Shown: positions 36,134 to 49,873 of the stretch, one piece after another
Position numbering within the stretch: the first letter of the stretch is position 1
Layout of the letters: the number at the start of each line of letters is the position of its first letter
Origin: Pecten maximus
Taxonomy: Eukaryota
Assembly: GCF_902652985.1 (NCBI RefSeq)
Contig: NC_047015.1
Span: 44,764,001 to 44,828,000 of the forward strand
Length of the DNA stretch: 64,000 nucleotides
Reading direction: 5' to 3'
Position numbers and translations under genes: made by a program
Notes under the pieces: model-generated
What the model saw: only the letters and a program-made list of their open reading frames with translations
What the model was told of the DNA's origin: nothing
The model's database searches: none

Positions 36134-38878
36134 GTAAGTATACTACTAATAAATTAAATGCAAGACATTCGTCATTGAAATGTAAACCACCGGTAGTGTA
36201 CACGTGTGGGTACACTGGTCCATCACACTACAGTACATGTTAGAATGTGATACATGCCTGGAGCAATGACTTCACTGACTTGCAGTAAAACCGTGAGCAA
36301 TTTAACCTTACTCAAGAATAGAATAATTTATCAGTTTTGATACGTTTCAACAAAACAACAAATGTTTGATTTCAATTCCAATACTTAAAATAGTACATGC
36401 TTCATTCGGGTAGACTGGACTCTGTCTCGAGGCATTTCTATTTATTGTTGAAATTCTGAATCTGACATGAAGTAAATGTGACCCAGTCATCAGAGTAAAC
36501 ACAAGAATTGTAGGCTGTGCCACAAGACAGGTACAAATATTGTATACATGCAATGTAGGCTATCAAATGACTGGGACCTATATTTTCTGCTTCATTGACT
36601 TTGGCTAGACAGTTTAGCCCAACTTCATAGATATGGTATATGTACTGTATGGTAATGTATGGATAGGTAAAGCGAAATACCAAAAGTATGTATCACACAT
36701 ATCATAACCATATCTAGGAATACTCCTAGACAGAAACTGCATTGCGCAAGTTTGTCATTAAAGCATTCAAATTAACAAATATTAGTCAAGTACTAATTAC
36801 TACTACATATATATATAGCTTAAAAGAATTTAAAACATGGACATTACAGAGGTATTATATATAATTAACAGCAGACTGATTAAGTGTCTGCCGAATTATG
36901 AATTTCCTTTGGACATGTGCTGCTCATAACAGAAAGTGTGAAAATTGCAAGCTGTTTATATATGTAGAATATTGAGGTTTTGAAATTTATAAACATTATG
37001 TGAAAATTGAAATAGTAAATTGCAGAATGGAAGTTCAATATTCAAAGAATGCTTTGAAAGAACTGTATTTATGATTAAGGATCAATTATATATCAATGCG
37101 TGCATTTAGATTATCTGTTGTCTAATGCTTTGTAATCTTCATTTGACCTGATTGTGACTTGTTTAAAAATTCATCAGTTTCTGCAACAGGAAAGTTGGTG
37201 TATATTCTGTCAGCAATTGGACTCTTTCTAAATGTCAAGTTGTCTGCAGAGAATGGATGGTATTTGAGACCGATACTTGATAGCGGCTAACTGGGCCAGT
37301 GACAATACCTAGACAAGATAAGGAGATGGTGAAGTATTATATTTTACACCAATTTGCAATTGCGTTTTCATTATTTTGACACATCTGACAATCAGTCTGA
37401 CCCATGATCTGCAGTAATTACACATTATCAATTTAATAAAGCTGAGCCAGGAAGCATGGAATGCTGATGACATACCATTATATCACCATAACATTAGCGT
37501 GACGAGGCAAGCAGTTTCCACTTATATACAATGATGTATTGGGAATGAACACAAGTAATAATATACACGTTAGTAGTTTAGTTGATGGAACATGTGTATT
37601 AACAGCAGACTGATTAAGTGTCTGCAGAATGATAAACTTATCGGTTGTTTCTGTGGACATGTGCTGCTCGTAACAGAAAGTGTGACAAGCTGTGTAGAAC
37701 TAGAATATAGGTAGACACCAGACTTGGGATACCAGTTATTCCCTTTGATCCTTTGATGTGATGCTGATAGAGAATATGTCATCTCAGTCTAATTATGAGC
37801 TAAACACTGTATATATTCAAATCACAGTATTTTTAATCAGAAAAGCAACAAATTAGGAATATTACTGTACAATGCAACCTTTCATGTTTTTGTAAGTGCA
37901 CAGTGCATTTATTAGGTTGAATACGGTAGCTAGTGAAATATACAAAGATTCTCACAGCTTAGTGATACTATACTGGCAACACACAGTAATAAAAAGAATC
38001 ATCCTGTTAACAGTCGTAGTTGACGTTTAAAATCGTTTTGCAATACCTGGAATTTGTATGGAATTTATGCAAGATTCCTAACACATGTACAACAGTTGTC
38101 AGACAGAGCTGTGACAGTATTTACATACCAGTACTACTGGTAGGCTTTTGTATGACTATAGGCTGTCACCAGTTGTATGACTATAGGCTGTCATGATCAC
38201 CGGTTGTGCGACTATAGGCTGTTACCAGTTGTGTGACTATAGACTGTCACGAGTTGTATGACTATAGGCTGTCACCAGTTTTGTGACTATAGGCTCTGTC
38301 ACCAGCTGTATGACTATAGGCTGTCATGATCACCAGTTGTGCGACTATAGGCTGTTACCAGTTGTGTGACTATAGACTGCCACGAGTTGTGTGACTATAG
38401 GCTGTCACCAGCTGTATGACTATAGGCTGTCACCAGTTTTGTGACTATAGGCTCTGTCACCAGTTGTATGACTGATAGACTGTCACGAGATGTGTGACTG
38501 TAGGCTGTCACCAGTTGTGTGACTATAGGCTGTTACCAGTTGTGTGACTATAGACTGTCACTAGCTGTGTGATTATAGGCTGTCACCAGCTGTGTGACTA
38601 TAGGCTGTCACCAGCTGTGTGACTATAAGCTGTCACCAGTTGTGTAACTATAGGCTGTCACCAGCTGTGTGACTATAGACTGTCACCAGTTATGTGACTA
38701 TATAGGCTATCACCAGCTGTGTGACTATAGGCTCTTGCCAGCTGTGTGACTATAGTATAGACTGTCACTTGCTGTGTGACTATAGGCTGTCACCAGCTGT
38801 GTGACTATAGACTGTCACTAGCTGTGTGACTATATACTGTCACCAGTTGTGTGACTATAGGCTCTGTCACCAGTTGTG

Positions 38879-39358
38879 CATCTTCGCTAGCCAAGGCTTC
38901 TGATTACGTTACACTCCACGAACCCTTGGCGGATATAGTCGTGTTCAAACCGTCGCGCCCTGGAATCCCAGGGCAACCAATCAAATCGCATTTTACATTC
39001 AGGCTTGTTTTCGCATTAAACAAAAACTGCGGCACCCAGTACAGAGCTACATTGTCGACTATGTCATTGCATTTTAGCTATATACAGAGACGTACAATCA
39101 TTAGGGAAACATTCACAGTGTTTGATCAATTTATATAAGTCATTGATCACACATCTCATCGAAATTGACACAAGCCTTCATGTGTGTCTGTAAACATCAC
39201 CGATGAAGTACATTGGTAACGCTCATTTTGATTGGTCGAAAATTTCATGAATAAAGGGTGGTAATTTCGAATCTCCGCTAGAGGGCCAGAACTGACGACT
39301 ATATCCGCCAAGGGTTCGTGGAGTGTAACGTAATCAGAAGCCTTGGCTAGCGAAGATG
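38879..39358. mobile_element. 480-bp MITE with 64-bp perfect TIRs and 9-bp TSD (Mutator-like)
   Basis: TIR catcttcgctagccaagg...gatatagtcgt at 38879-38942 and 39295-39358; TSD ccagttgtg on both sides. Confidence 0.9.
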
Positions 39359-39375
39359 CCAGTTGTGTGACTATA

Positions 39376-40183
39376 CAGGGGTCGACATTAACTTTTTTCT
39401 GCACTTGTCCCTTTGGACAAGCAACATTTATATTCACTTGTCCGAATGGAATTATCACTTGTCCCACTTAAAAATTTTCAATTAAGTTAAATGATGTTTT
39501 TCAATGTCTGTGTGTCATGCAGTAAAATGATAACATTGCAATGACAACTATATATATTACTGATATTTATTGGTGTTTTGTCCAAGCTACATAATGAAGA
39601 AGAAAAAAAATGCTACTGACTGCCTATTTTCGATTTACAGCAACTAAACTAGTCTTATAAGAAAAGAAATAAACTGACTAAAACATGAACATAATTATAG
39701 AAATGCAATAGTGCATAAATATCTGAAATACTATATTTGCTAAATCTTGCAATAAATAGCGAGCCTGCATCTGTTGCCACTTTAGTCCTTCAAATACACT
39801 TTCAATTTCCTTGTACTCTTATATTCATATTCCTTTTTTTTTCAATATGCATATTCAATACAAAGACACCAATGGGGCTGACAGATTGAATATTTTTGAA
39901 AAACACAGAAAGTTTAGTTATCATCTGCATTAGTGTTCTGAATTAAACTATTTTCGTTATGAACAAGTCACTTCCAATGTACACTATCCATGTTTTCGTT
40001 TCTTTTTTTATCATAGGTATATAAGGTGAAGTCTTGTGAATGTTGATTTCATAATATAAATAAACAACATGAAGACAATATTGGTCACTTGTCCCGTCGG
40101 ACAAGTGTTTTGATACTTTCACTTGTCCGACAGCAATTTAGTCTGGTACAGGACAAGCGGACAAGCCTTAATGTCGACCCCTG
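39376..40183. mobile_element. 808-bp non-autonomous hAT-like element with 5-bp TSD (hAT5-type)
   Basis: Perfect 16-bp TIR caggggtcgacattaa, subterminal acttgtcc/ggacaag repeats, TSD ctata. Confidence 0.85.
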
Positions 40184-43100
40184 CTATAGGCTGTCACGAG
40201 TTGTGTGACTATAGGCTCTGTCACGAGTTGTGTGACTGATAGACTGTCACGAGTTGTGTGACTATAGGCTGTCACGAGATGTGTGACTGTAGGCTGTCAC
40301 CAGTTGTGTGACTATAGGCTGTCACCAGTTGTGTGACTATAGGCTGTCACCAGCTGTGTGACTATAGGCTGTCACCAGTTGTGTGACTATAGGCTGTCAC
40401 TAGCTGTGTGACTATAAGCTGTCACCAGTTGTATGACTATAGGCTGTCACCAGTTGTGTGACTATAAGCTGTCACCAGTTGTATGACTATAGGCTGTCAC
40501 CAGCTGTGTGACTATAAGCTGTCACGAGTTGTGTGACTAAAGGCTCTGTCACCAGTTGTGTGACTATAGGCTGTCACGAGTTGTGTGACTATAGGCTCTG
40601 TCACGAGTTGTGTGACTATAGGCTGTCACGAGTTGTGTGACTATAAGCTGTCACCAGTTGTATGACTATAAGCTCTGTCACCAGTTGTGTGACTATAGGC
40701 TGTCACCAGTTGTATGGCTATAGGCTGTCACGAGTTGTGTGACTATAAGCTGTCACCAGTTGTGTGACTATAAGCTCTGTCACCAGTTGTGTGACTATAG
40801 GCTGTCACGAGTTGTGTGACTATAGGCTGTCACGAGTTGTGTGACTATAGGCTGTCACGAGTTGTGTGACTATAGGCTGTCACCAGTTGTGTGACTATAA
40901 GCTCTATCACCAGTTGTGTGACTATAGGCTCTGTCACCAGTTGTGTGACTATAGAATGTCACCAGTTGTGTGACTATAAGCTGTCACCAGTTGTATGACT
41001 ATAGGCTGTCACGAGTTGTGTGACTATAGGCTGTCACGAGTTGTGTGACTATAGGCTGTCACGAGTTGTATGGCTATAGACTGTCACCAGTTGTGTGACT
41101 ATAAGCTGTCACCAGTTGTATGACTATAGGCTGTCACGAGTTGTGTGACTATAGGTTGTCACGAGTTGTGTGACTAGGCTGTCACCAGTTGTGTGACTAT
41201 AGGCTGTTACCAGTTGTGTGACTATAAGCTGTCACCAGTTGTATGACTATAGACTGTCACCAGTTGTATGACTATAGACTGTCACCAGTTGTGTGACTAT
41301 AGGTTGTCACCAGTTGTGTGACTATAGGCTGTCACTAGCTGTGTGACTATAGGCTGTCTCTAGCTGTGTGACTATAGGCTGTCACGAGTTGTGTGACTAT
41401 AGACTGTCACCAGTTATGTGACTATATAGGCTATCGCCAGCTGTGTGACTATAGGCTCTTGCCAGCTGTGTGACTATAGGCTGTCACGAGTTGTGTGACT
41501 ATAAGCTGTCACCAGTTGTATGACTATAGGCTGAGTCACCAGTTGTGTGACTATAAGCTGTCACCAGTTGTGTGACTATAGGCTATCACCAGTTGTGTGA
41601 CTATAGGCTCTATCACCAGTTGTGTGACTATAGGCTCTGTCACCAGTTGTGTGACTATAAGCTCTCACCAGTTGTGTGACTATAGGCTATCACCAGTTGT
41701 ATGACTATAAGCTGTCACCAGTTGTGTGACTATAGGCTGTCACCAGTTGTGTGACTATAAGCTGTCACCAGCTGTGTGACTATAGGCTGTGACCAGCTGT
41801 GTGACTATAGGCTGTGACCAGTTGTGTGACTATAGGCTGTCACCAGCTGTGTGACTATAGAATGTCACCAAGTTGTATGTCATATCTTGACCCTGGTTCT
41901 TATTTTGGTGATGTGACATTAACAGGAATTTACCTAGATTTAAATTGCCGGTGAAGCTGATGTAGCCGATGATGCTTACCCTTCCAGATCTAGATATATT
42001 CAATATTCTTGTAATTTTTACAGGGATGGTGTTCACACTTTATCCCTGTTTTATTGTTTTGGGGTTGAAATTACTGTTTTGTCTATATGCTTGTAAATTC
42101 TCATTTTTATATGTCAACTGTTTAACAATATATGTAGATCAGTTGTATCAGCTCACACATGTATAGTATGTATTTTACCTACCATGAATGTGTGAATGTA
42201 CAAATATAATAAGTCATTGTTTGAGATTCAGTTGAAATATTCTTGACTTGCAATATTATTCCTAGTTGTTGTAATTGTCTTGAACACAATGTACATTATA
42301 TATTTACGCTGTCATTTTTAGAAAGGAAAACATGCTTAGCCTGCTGTAAATATATACCGTATATATATATATATATATATAGTGTGTGTGCTTATTATAA
42401 TTATAAGCCTTATTTTTAACACACATATTTTTCATTTGTTAGGACCAGTAGTGAAAATTGAACAAAGGTGTGCTACTTCAGTATAAAGATAGATCTATCA
42501 GCATGTAATTGTCACAGTCATTTATGGATCTGGGTCCCAGATAATTGCCACCATGACATTTTCATTTATTTAGTACTTTTGTTTGCAGTAGAAATTAAAT
42601 TGCATTCCCATTGAATTGGTAATGGGCGTGTGCTTTTAAGTGAAATACACTGACAAGTCTTTTCAATGAAGTGGACTTAAAATGCTACAGTGACAGTTTT
42701 TATTCAATAACTTTTTTTTTTATATTTCAACTGAAAATGATTGTCACCATTATTGCATCTGTATGAATGATCAGATCTATTGTTTGCATTGTTGAAACTC
42801 ATCATACCTGATTGTCACAATTCATGACACACCTGGATTCCTTTATGCTCCTACTTAGCCTTTCATTATGTTTGTTGGAACCTGATGTGCTAAAACTAAA
42901 TTTTGTGCATGCAAGTTTCATTATAGATATATATGGCATGTGTTTAAATATAGATCATTTGTGTAAATACACTGCCCACAAATGGCATTGTAATCAAAGA
43001 AAGAGCTACCAATATGTTTGGCAGACAGATTTTAAAATGTCTGACACATATGGATGAAGCAAGCTCCAAATTTTGATTTAAACGCATCCCCCTTTCGAAT

Positions 43101-43240
43101 TCACTTACCAAAATGTACAAAATTTCCCAGACGTGAAATATCCCAATTTACAGTACCTTTCTAGAAACATATATATACTTTCCAAACAGATAATTTCAAT
43201 ATGGTTATCTCATTACAATGCAGATCAGGAAAAATGATGT

Positions 43241-43276
<36 letters not shown>

Positions 43277-46200
43277 GACAACCATTTATTATATACTTTA
43301 AATTTAAAAGCAGGCATGTTTTGACCTACTCTAGTACAAGTAAATATGGACATACATGTATATTAACAGTAGCAATTTCGTAAACATTACAGGTTATGTA
43401 GACTATATAATTTTTTAATTAAATAAATGATCCATTCATTGCAAAACCTATATACAATATTTTCTGATTCAAATAAAACATATAACCACACACAGACGCA
43501 ATATTTAGATCTCTGATTATATAATTACAAGCTTAAGGTAGCATATAGTCTAACTTTAATTTTGTGTCACAAATGAAACATGTGCCTACACAATACCTCT
43601 TATTTCGCAATAACGATCATAATTACTGTATCAGGAAATGAATTAAATGAAATACTCTCATTTTACCAATTTATAAATGTGCTATTGTTCAGCATGTCAT
43701 TGTTATGTATCGGTCTTACATTAGATATGCCAGGTACATGTTGCCTACATGTTTGTGCCTTGATTTATACTTCACGGAGATTTTTGCCAATATCGACCTG
43801 AATAATTCCAGCTCAGGCTTATTTTCTGAACTATAATTTCGTAGAATTCGAACAGGTTCATCAATATTTAATTATGTTCGAACTGACCGAATAGTAATTG
43901 ACAATCCATGGCGTTACGTACAATGTATATCAAAAAATATATATGTGTATAGACGTGCTACATAACTCTAACCATACAGAAAACAAAAAGTAAGCTTTGT
44001 CAAACAGGTGTATACGATTCAACATTCTTCCCCGGGCTAGTCAATTTTATGTTACATGGAAAGAGAAAAATTTGAATATGGTATGTAGAATTTTATAAAA
44101 TCTGCCTGCAGACTTATACTATAAAATTTGTCACACATATCCATTTAAATGCATGATATAGTATTCGTATGTACTGTAATGCAGGTTAAAATAATCAAAA
44201 GAAATGATATTTTTCATGTGTACATGTTAAGATGAATAGTTTTATTTTTTGTAGCCCGTAACAAAGATATTTTAGTCAGTTCTTAAAAATAAAAGCTTTT
44301 AAGTTAATGATACCCTGATCATAAGTATTGTTTACTGGGGCTGCACCTTGTTGGGCGTGAGTGACGATTTCGTGAGCAGTGTATCCCAGATATTGATCGT
44401 ATTACCAGCATATGTAACCTGCTCAAATAGGACGAGGCATTGCTGCCTGTAGCATGGGGAATAACCTTAAAGCCCTTTAGCCTCTGTTCAGGGTATACCT
44501 GTCGCAGAAGATCACAGATAACTGACATTCAAATTACAGAAAAATCCATCCTCGAAATTTGCTCTAATCATACTTGATATGGGAACACAACCTTCTGTGT
44601 TAAAACACATGTACAACACATGCATTGTCATGTTTGATTTAAGCAGTTTGGATTTTAAATCGTGATCTTAAAAAAAACCCCACACAAGTAGAAACACCCT
44701 ATGAGCTAGCTCTGGTAAATTTAAATAAATGTTTTACATTTATATAACCAAGAAACAGTGTTTCTGTTACAATGGCTTATATCTGCTATCACACAAATAA
44801 CCAAGCTATATATATTCTGTTTATGTCCAACACGGAATTCCTTGTCAAAGTTAGGAATTGACAAAAAAAAAACCTCAGAAAATGGCTATATTCCTGTTAT
44901 CTTAGATTTTAGTATAAAAAATATTAAGTCGGTAAAATCGGAGTGTTCTTTTGGAAGTTAGTCAAAATTTGATAAAAAAAGGTCTGTATATATACGAGTT
45001 AAGATGTATAAATCACACTTTTATTTCATTTAAAACTAAGGAAAACTGACAATGTTCAAATCTGGATTAAATCCTAAAAATGTCACCTTTGAGATCAAGA
45101 TTCTTATATCACTTAATTCACATATACTGTTATGTAATCTTTTTTTAACAGATAGAATTACACAAATTATCATTTGTCATTTGCAGTTTTAATATCTTCA
45201 TGACAAGATAATTAGGAATCCCCAATTCATATTTGTGCTACCTAATCTGTTGAAATTCTGGTTATGAGAAGTTACTTTAAATTGCAATCCATGAATGAAG
45301 AAATGTACCTATTAATTTAATAAGAAACTATATATGAAGTTATATATGGTCCGGAAACTAGGAAATTCCCAAACGTATGGTCCGGAAACTAGGAAATTCC
45401 CAAACGTATCCCCAGAATACAAAATGATGATGATATAAATGTGTTACTCTCAGCTCCAGGATAATATGATAGATATGATAAACTAGGGACGCTAGTCGTG
45501 TAAGGCAGGGAATATGTACACCTGTGTCACATAGTGTATTTCAGTGTTAAACTTTCATGTTCTAATAGGTGCAATTGTCTTGTACTGGCAAATATTTCAC
45601 ATTCTTCTCATTCTATTAGTCCTGGAGGGATTCTATATTTCAAATGGCAAAGATGTTCATTCTGATGTATGCATATAGTTGGCTGTTGATCGTGACTGTT
45701 CTAAGAATGTTAGATAGAATGCGCAGTAGCATATAGAAAACAATACTTATAACAAAATATTGCAGGAATTCACAAGATTTATGTCTCGGGAATCCTTATC
45801 TTGATCTTGGGTGTTTAACTTTCTTGTTGTTTTATACGATGAACAAATTTACATTTACAAAATTTACAAAAAACCTGAAGTGCTGTAAATTGAGATATCT
45901 TGCAATTGGCTGTGGTTATATTTTGTGTTTTTTTGACGCCTGGCATTAAAAGTGCCAAAATTTAACACATTGAATTATAACGTCGTTGGTATATTCCGGA
46001 CATACCGTTTTCTACTTGGTGATTAGATAATGTGGTTTATTTCTGTAAAAACAATTAACTAGGAATTTTTATCAGCAATTTCGTATTAAATTATGTTGTT
46101 TTGTCATTCATCAATAAAGGTATGATCATACATATAAAGACTTTAAATATATATAGGTATTTCTTGCTAATTTCTTGAATTATAACACTACAAGTTACCA

Positions 46201-47004
46201 TGCATGGTTTCAATCGATTCTTTGTTCATTAGCTAACAATGGCACTAGCTATATCAATTACTATGTATATAATATAGATATATCAGAATAAATAACTTGT
46301 ATGTATTTTAAAGAAGATAACGTTTCTTGGATGTTGAGAAGCCTTTATTTGTTGCATTATGTTCACCACATGCTCAGATCTCTACTAATTACCGTCCGTC
46401 AGGTATCCATCCTAGAAGAATTACCACTGTTTGAAACAATTGGAGTGTTGGTTCTTTCCTATCTTAAGTTATTCCTGTTGTTTGTATTTTATATAAAAGG
46501 GGTTGGTCAATTGTACGGAAGATCTCTAAGTATGTGGAGTTTATGGAGATGCCAAATTTAGATACACCAATATAAAACCAGCTTTAGATACACCAATATA
46601 AAACCAGCCTGCTTTGACAAAAAAGCGCAAAAATTGCAACACCAACATATCCTGATTCAAGGGGCTGCAATTCAATAGCTCATCAAATAATCACTGATGA
46701 GCATCAGACCAATGGCAATGTACTCACCTCAGGCAAAAATTTATGGTGTAAATATGCTGCAAGGAAATCTAAATATAGTACCCATAATATATACATATAT
46801 ATATGTGTACAAGATATGTGATAATTTCATGTCACCTTTTGCCATGTGATTTTATTTCTTGTTATGTGTACGTAGAGGACATCAAAGCCCAATCACGCCA
46901 CCCCTTGTTTTTGTTTGATGTATGTTAACCAGAATGAAATCACCCAAATCAATCTTCTCCATCATGTGTTGTTTGTGATAATAGTGTCCACATTTCCCTT
47001 TTGA

Positions 47005-47283
47005 TAATATTGTATTATCACCCACAATTTATATCAATACCAAGGTGTTCTGTTTCCTCCCAATATTGCTGTTCCTGACAATGAAGTATCTTTTCCAGTT
47101 ACCATAGTGATATGACATAATTTACCGGTAGTAGCCTATACAATATTGTATTATCACCCTTGATTTACCAATACCAAGGTGTTCTGTTCCTCCCAATATT
47201 GCTGTTCCTGACAATGAAGTGTCTTTTCCCATTACCATAGTGATATGACATAATTTACCGGTAGTAGCCTGTACAATATTGTA
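47005..47283. repeat. Tandem duplication of ~135 bp
   Basis: aatattgtattatcaccc...cctgacaatgaagt...atttaccggtagtagcct occurs twice. Confidence 0.85.
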
Positions 47284-48454
47284 TATGGATGCAGATGGAA
47301 CATTAAGAACTAGAAATAAATGTTGTATGTTATAAAATGGCTGTTGTTGGGGAATCACCTGAAAATTGATATGCAATACAAAGAGCTAATTCTATATTGC
47401 TGTAGTAATTTAAATTGGAATTTTACAGTAGTCTGATCAAATCCTCTCAGTCTTCGACACAGAGATTTGGCACGATTCCCAACCCCATGGTCCATGTTAA
47501 TCATGGTGTTCATAGAAAATATAGAAATGGACCGCGGGGTTGGGAATTTGTGGCACTTTAGTCCCTGTGGTCTTATATTAAAGTACATTCCTTTCATGTG
47601 TAAGGAAATAATGTTTCCACATCGCATGGTACCGGTAAAACAAGGACTCTATGGAGTTTCACTGTTGCCTTATCTTCTTGCCGGCCTTCTTGTCTATGAA
47701 TTATATGGGTAATTTAGGCTTAATTAATTTGAATTCATGCTCATAGTGCAATTTACACAATAATACTTTACACGTGAAAGTCTTGCTGGGTGTGCAGTAC
47801 TAGTATAATCCCAAGAAAATATATTGATTTTTTTTTTTTTGAATTGTGTATTGGGTATTGTGGCACTATGTGCATTGTTGTATGGGGCCTTGTAGGGCTA
47901 TTGCAAAAATTTGTAAGCAGAGCCAATTTTCTAATCACTAATAAAAGACAATTTCCTGACTAATTGAAGATATGAAACATTGTGTTGGGAGCAATTAGTG
48001 CATTGTGTAGTCGTGATCATGTATCATGTAGAAATCACCATATCACTGCTTTAAAAAAAGAAAAAACGTTCAGCATAAGAGTTGCTTCCTCACAAGAAAA
48101 AATATTTAGGGTTGCTATAGTAACTGCATGTACAAGGAAGAAAAGCATTCATGTTGGCGTCACACTGTCACTTTGGGAGGACGCATGATTGGCCCTTTGC
48201 GTGGATATGGAAATATCTTAACATATCAGATTCACGTAATGTTGTATGTTCAGAAAGTGAATTTGTTGTGGTGGTTAGTGGAAAAAATCTGTGGATGGGT
48301 AGTGATAGTGAGATAATCTGTTCTGACTGTTCCTATATATAGATAGTGGGACATATACAGTCTGTCCCCTCCGACTTTTACTGGATAGTGGGAAAGTTGT
48401 TCCCCTTGGATTTTCACTTGATAGCTATTGAGGGAAAGTCTTTGACCCTTTAGG

Positions 48455-48890
48455 CTTTCGATAGATAGTTGGATGGTCTGTATCCTTACACTTTTGATAG
48501 ATAGTTGGATGGTCTGTATCCTTACACTTTCGATAGATAGTTGGATGGTCTGTATCCTTACACTTTCGATAGATAGTTGGATGGTCTGTATCCTTACACT
48601 TTCGATAGATAGTTGGATGGTCTGTATCCTTACACTTTCGATAGATAGTTGGATGGTCTGTATCCTTACACTTTCGATAGATAGTTGGATGGTCTGTATC
48701 CTTACACTTTCGATAGATAGTTGGATGGTCTGTATCCTTACACTTTTGATAGATCGTTGGATGGTCTGTATCCTTACACTTTTGATAGATCGTTGGATGG
48801 TCTGTATCCTTACACTTTTGATAGATAGTTGGATGGTCTGTATCCTTACACTTTTGATAGATAGTTGGATGGTCTGTATCCTTAGATTTT
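48455..48890. repeat. 36-bp minisatellite, ~12 copies
   Basis: gatagatagttggatggtctgtatccttacacttt[c/t]. Confidence 0.95.
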
Positions 48891-49873
48891 CATTGGATAG
48901 TGGGAAAGTCTGTCCCCTAAAAAAATATTCCCTAAAACAGTGGCTTTGTATTTACAGATAGTTGGGCAGTCTGGTAGTCAGATATATTGTAACAAGTGGG
49001 ATCCCAACCCAAGGGGGAAGATTCTTAATCTGCCAAATGCAAACACGAGGCTTGTTGAGTGTTTGGCAGCTTAAGAATCCTATGCCGAGTGTTGAGATCC
49101 CCATGTCTCATTTCTAAGGGGGTGAATGATTATTTTTCTCTTAACCCTGTTTACCCTCTTATGTATCTAATATTGCTGTTACACGATCATGCAAAATGAT
49201 GTTGACATGACGTGATTGGATTGTCGACATGACGTCATTGTAATGTTGCTGTGACGTCATGCAATTGTTGAGAACGTGTAAAGAGAATGTGTAGCCTGTC
49301 TCAACCCTAGGGTGAGATAAGAAAATCTCACACAGGTACAACCCTAGGGTGAGATAAGAAAATCTCACACAGGTAAAATCCTGGATATCCCTGTCCAGGG
49401 TAAGTAAAAGAAAATAATTTCCATTAATGCACCAACTGGTTTCTGAATTACACATTCAGGTAGTACATGGATTAATGCCAAGCTGTATTCTCTCCAGTAT
49501 GATCGGAATTGATACTTTGTTTTATCTAGTGTTTTGGGGATAAGAAAGAAACTATCTTCAAACTTGACTCGCCACATTTGAGCTAATCAAATTAATGTGT
49601 TGAACACGTACAACTTTTTCATATCAGAAATTTCTTAATGAATGTAAATATGTAAAAAGAAAAAAAAATTATGGTGTATGTTCTTTTCGTTTGTAGAGTG
49701 AAGACGCTGGAAACAGAGACTTGATGAGGTTGTTATTGTGACAGAAAACATATGAAGTCCTTTTCCCACTGGATACTTCCAATTCTGGAATGATGGATTA
49801 TGGATGAAGATTAAAAGAGAAAGTCAATTTCAAACCTGGCATTTATATCAGGTTTGAAGAGTCAGACCTGAAA

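Larger units (their letters stand above)
38148..41878. repeat. 25-bp minisatellite (~95 units) interrupted by two MITEs
   Basis: gactataggctgtcaccagttgtgt at 38148-38878, 39359-39375 and 40184-41878. Confidence 0.96.

Noticed and set aside
48473-48961. 162-aa MVCILTLSIDSW repeat ORF (and TPYISISVDGVV ORFs at 61-64 kb)
   Set aside because: 36-bp minisatellites; the 61-64 kb array has frequent frame-breaking indels.
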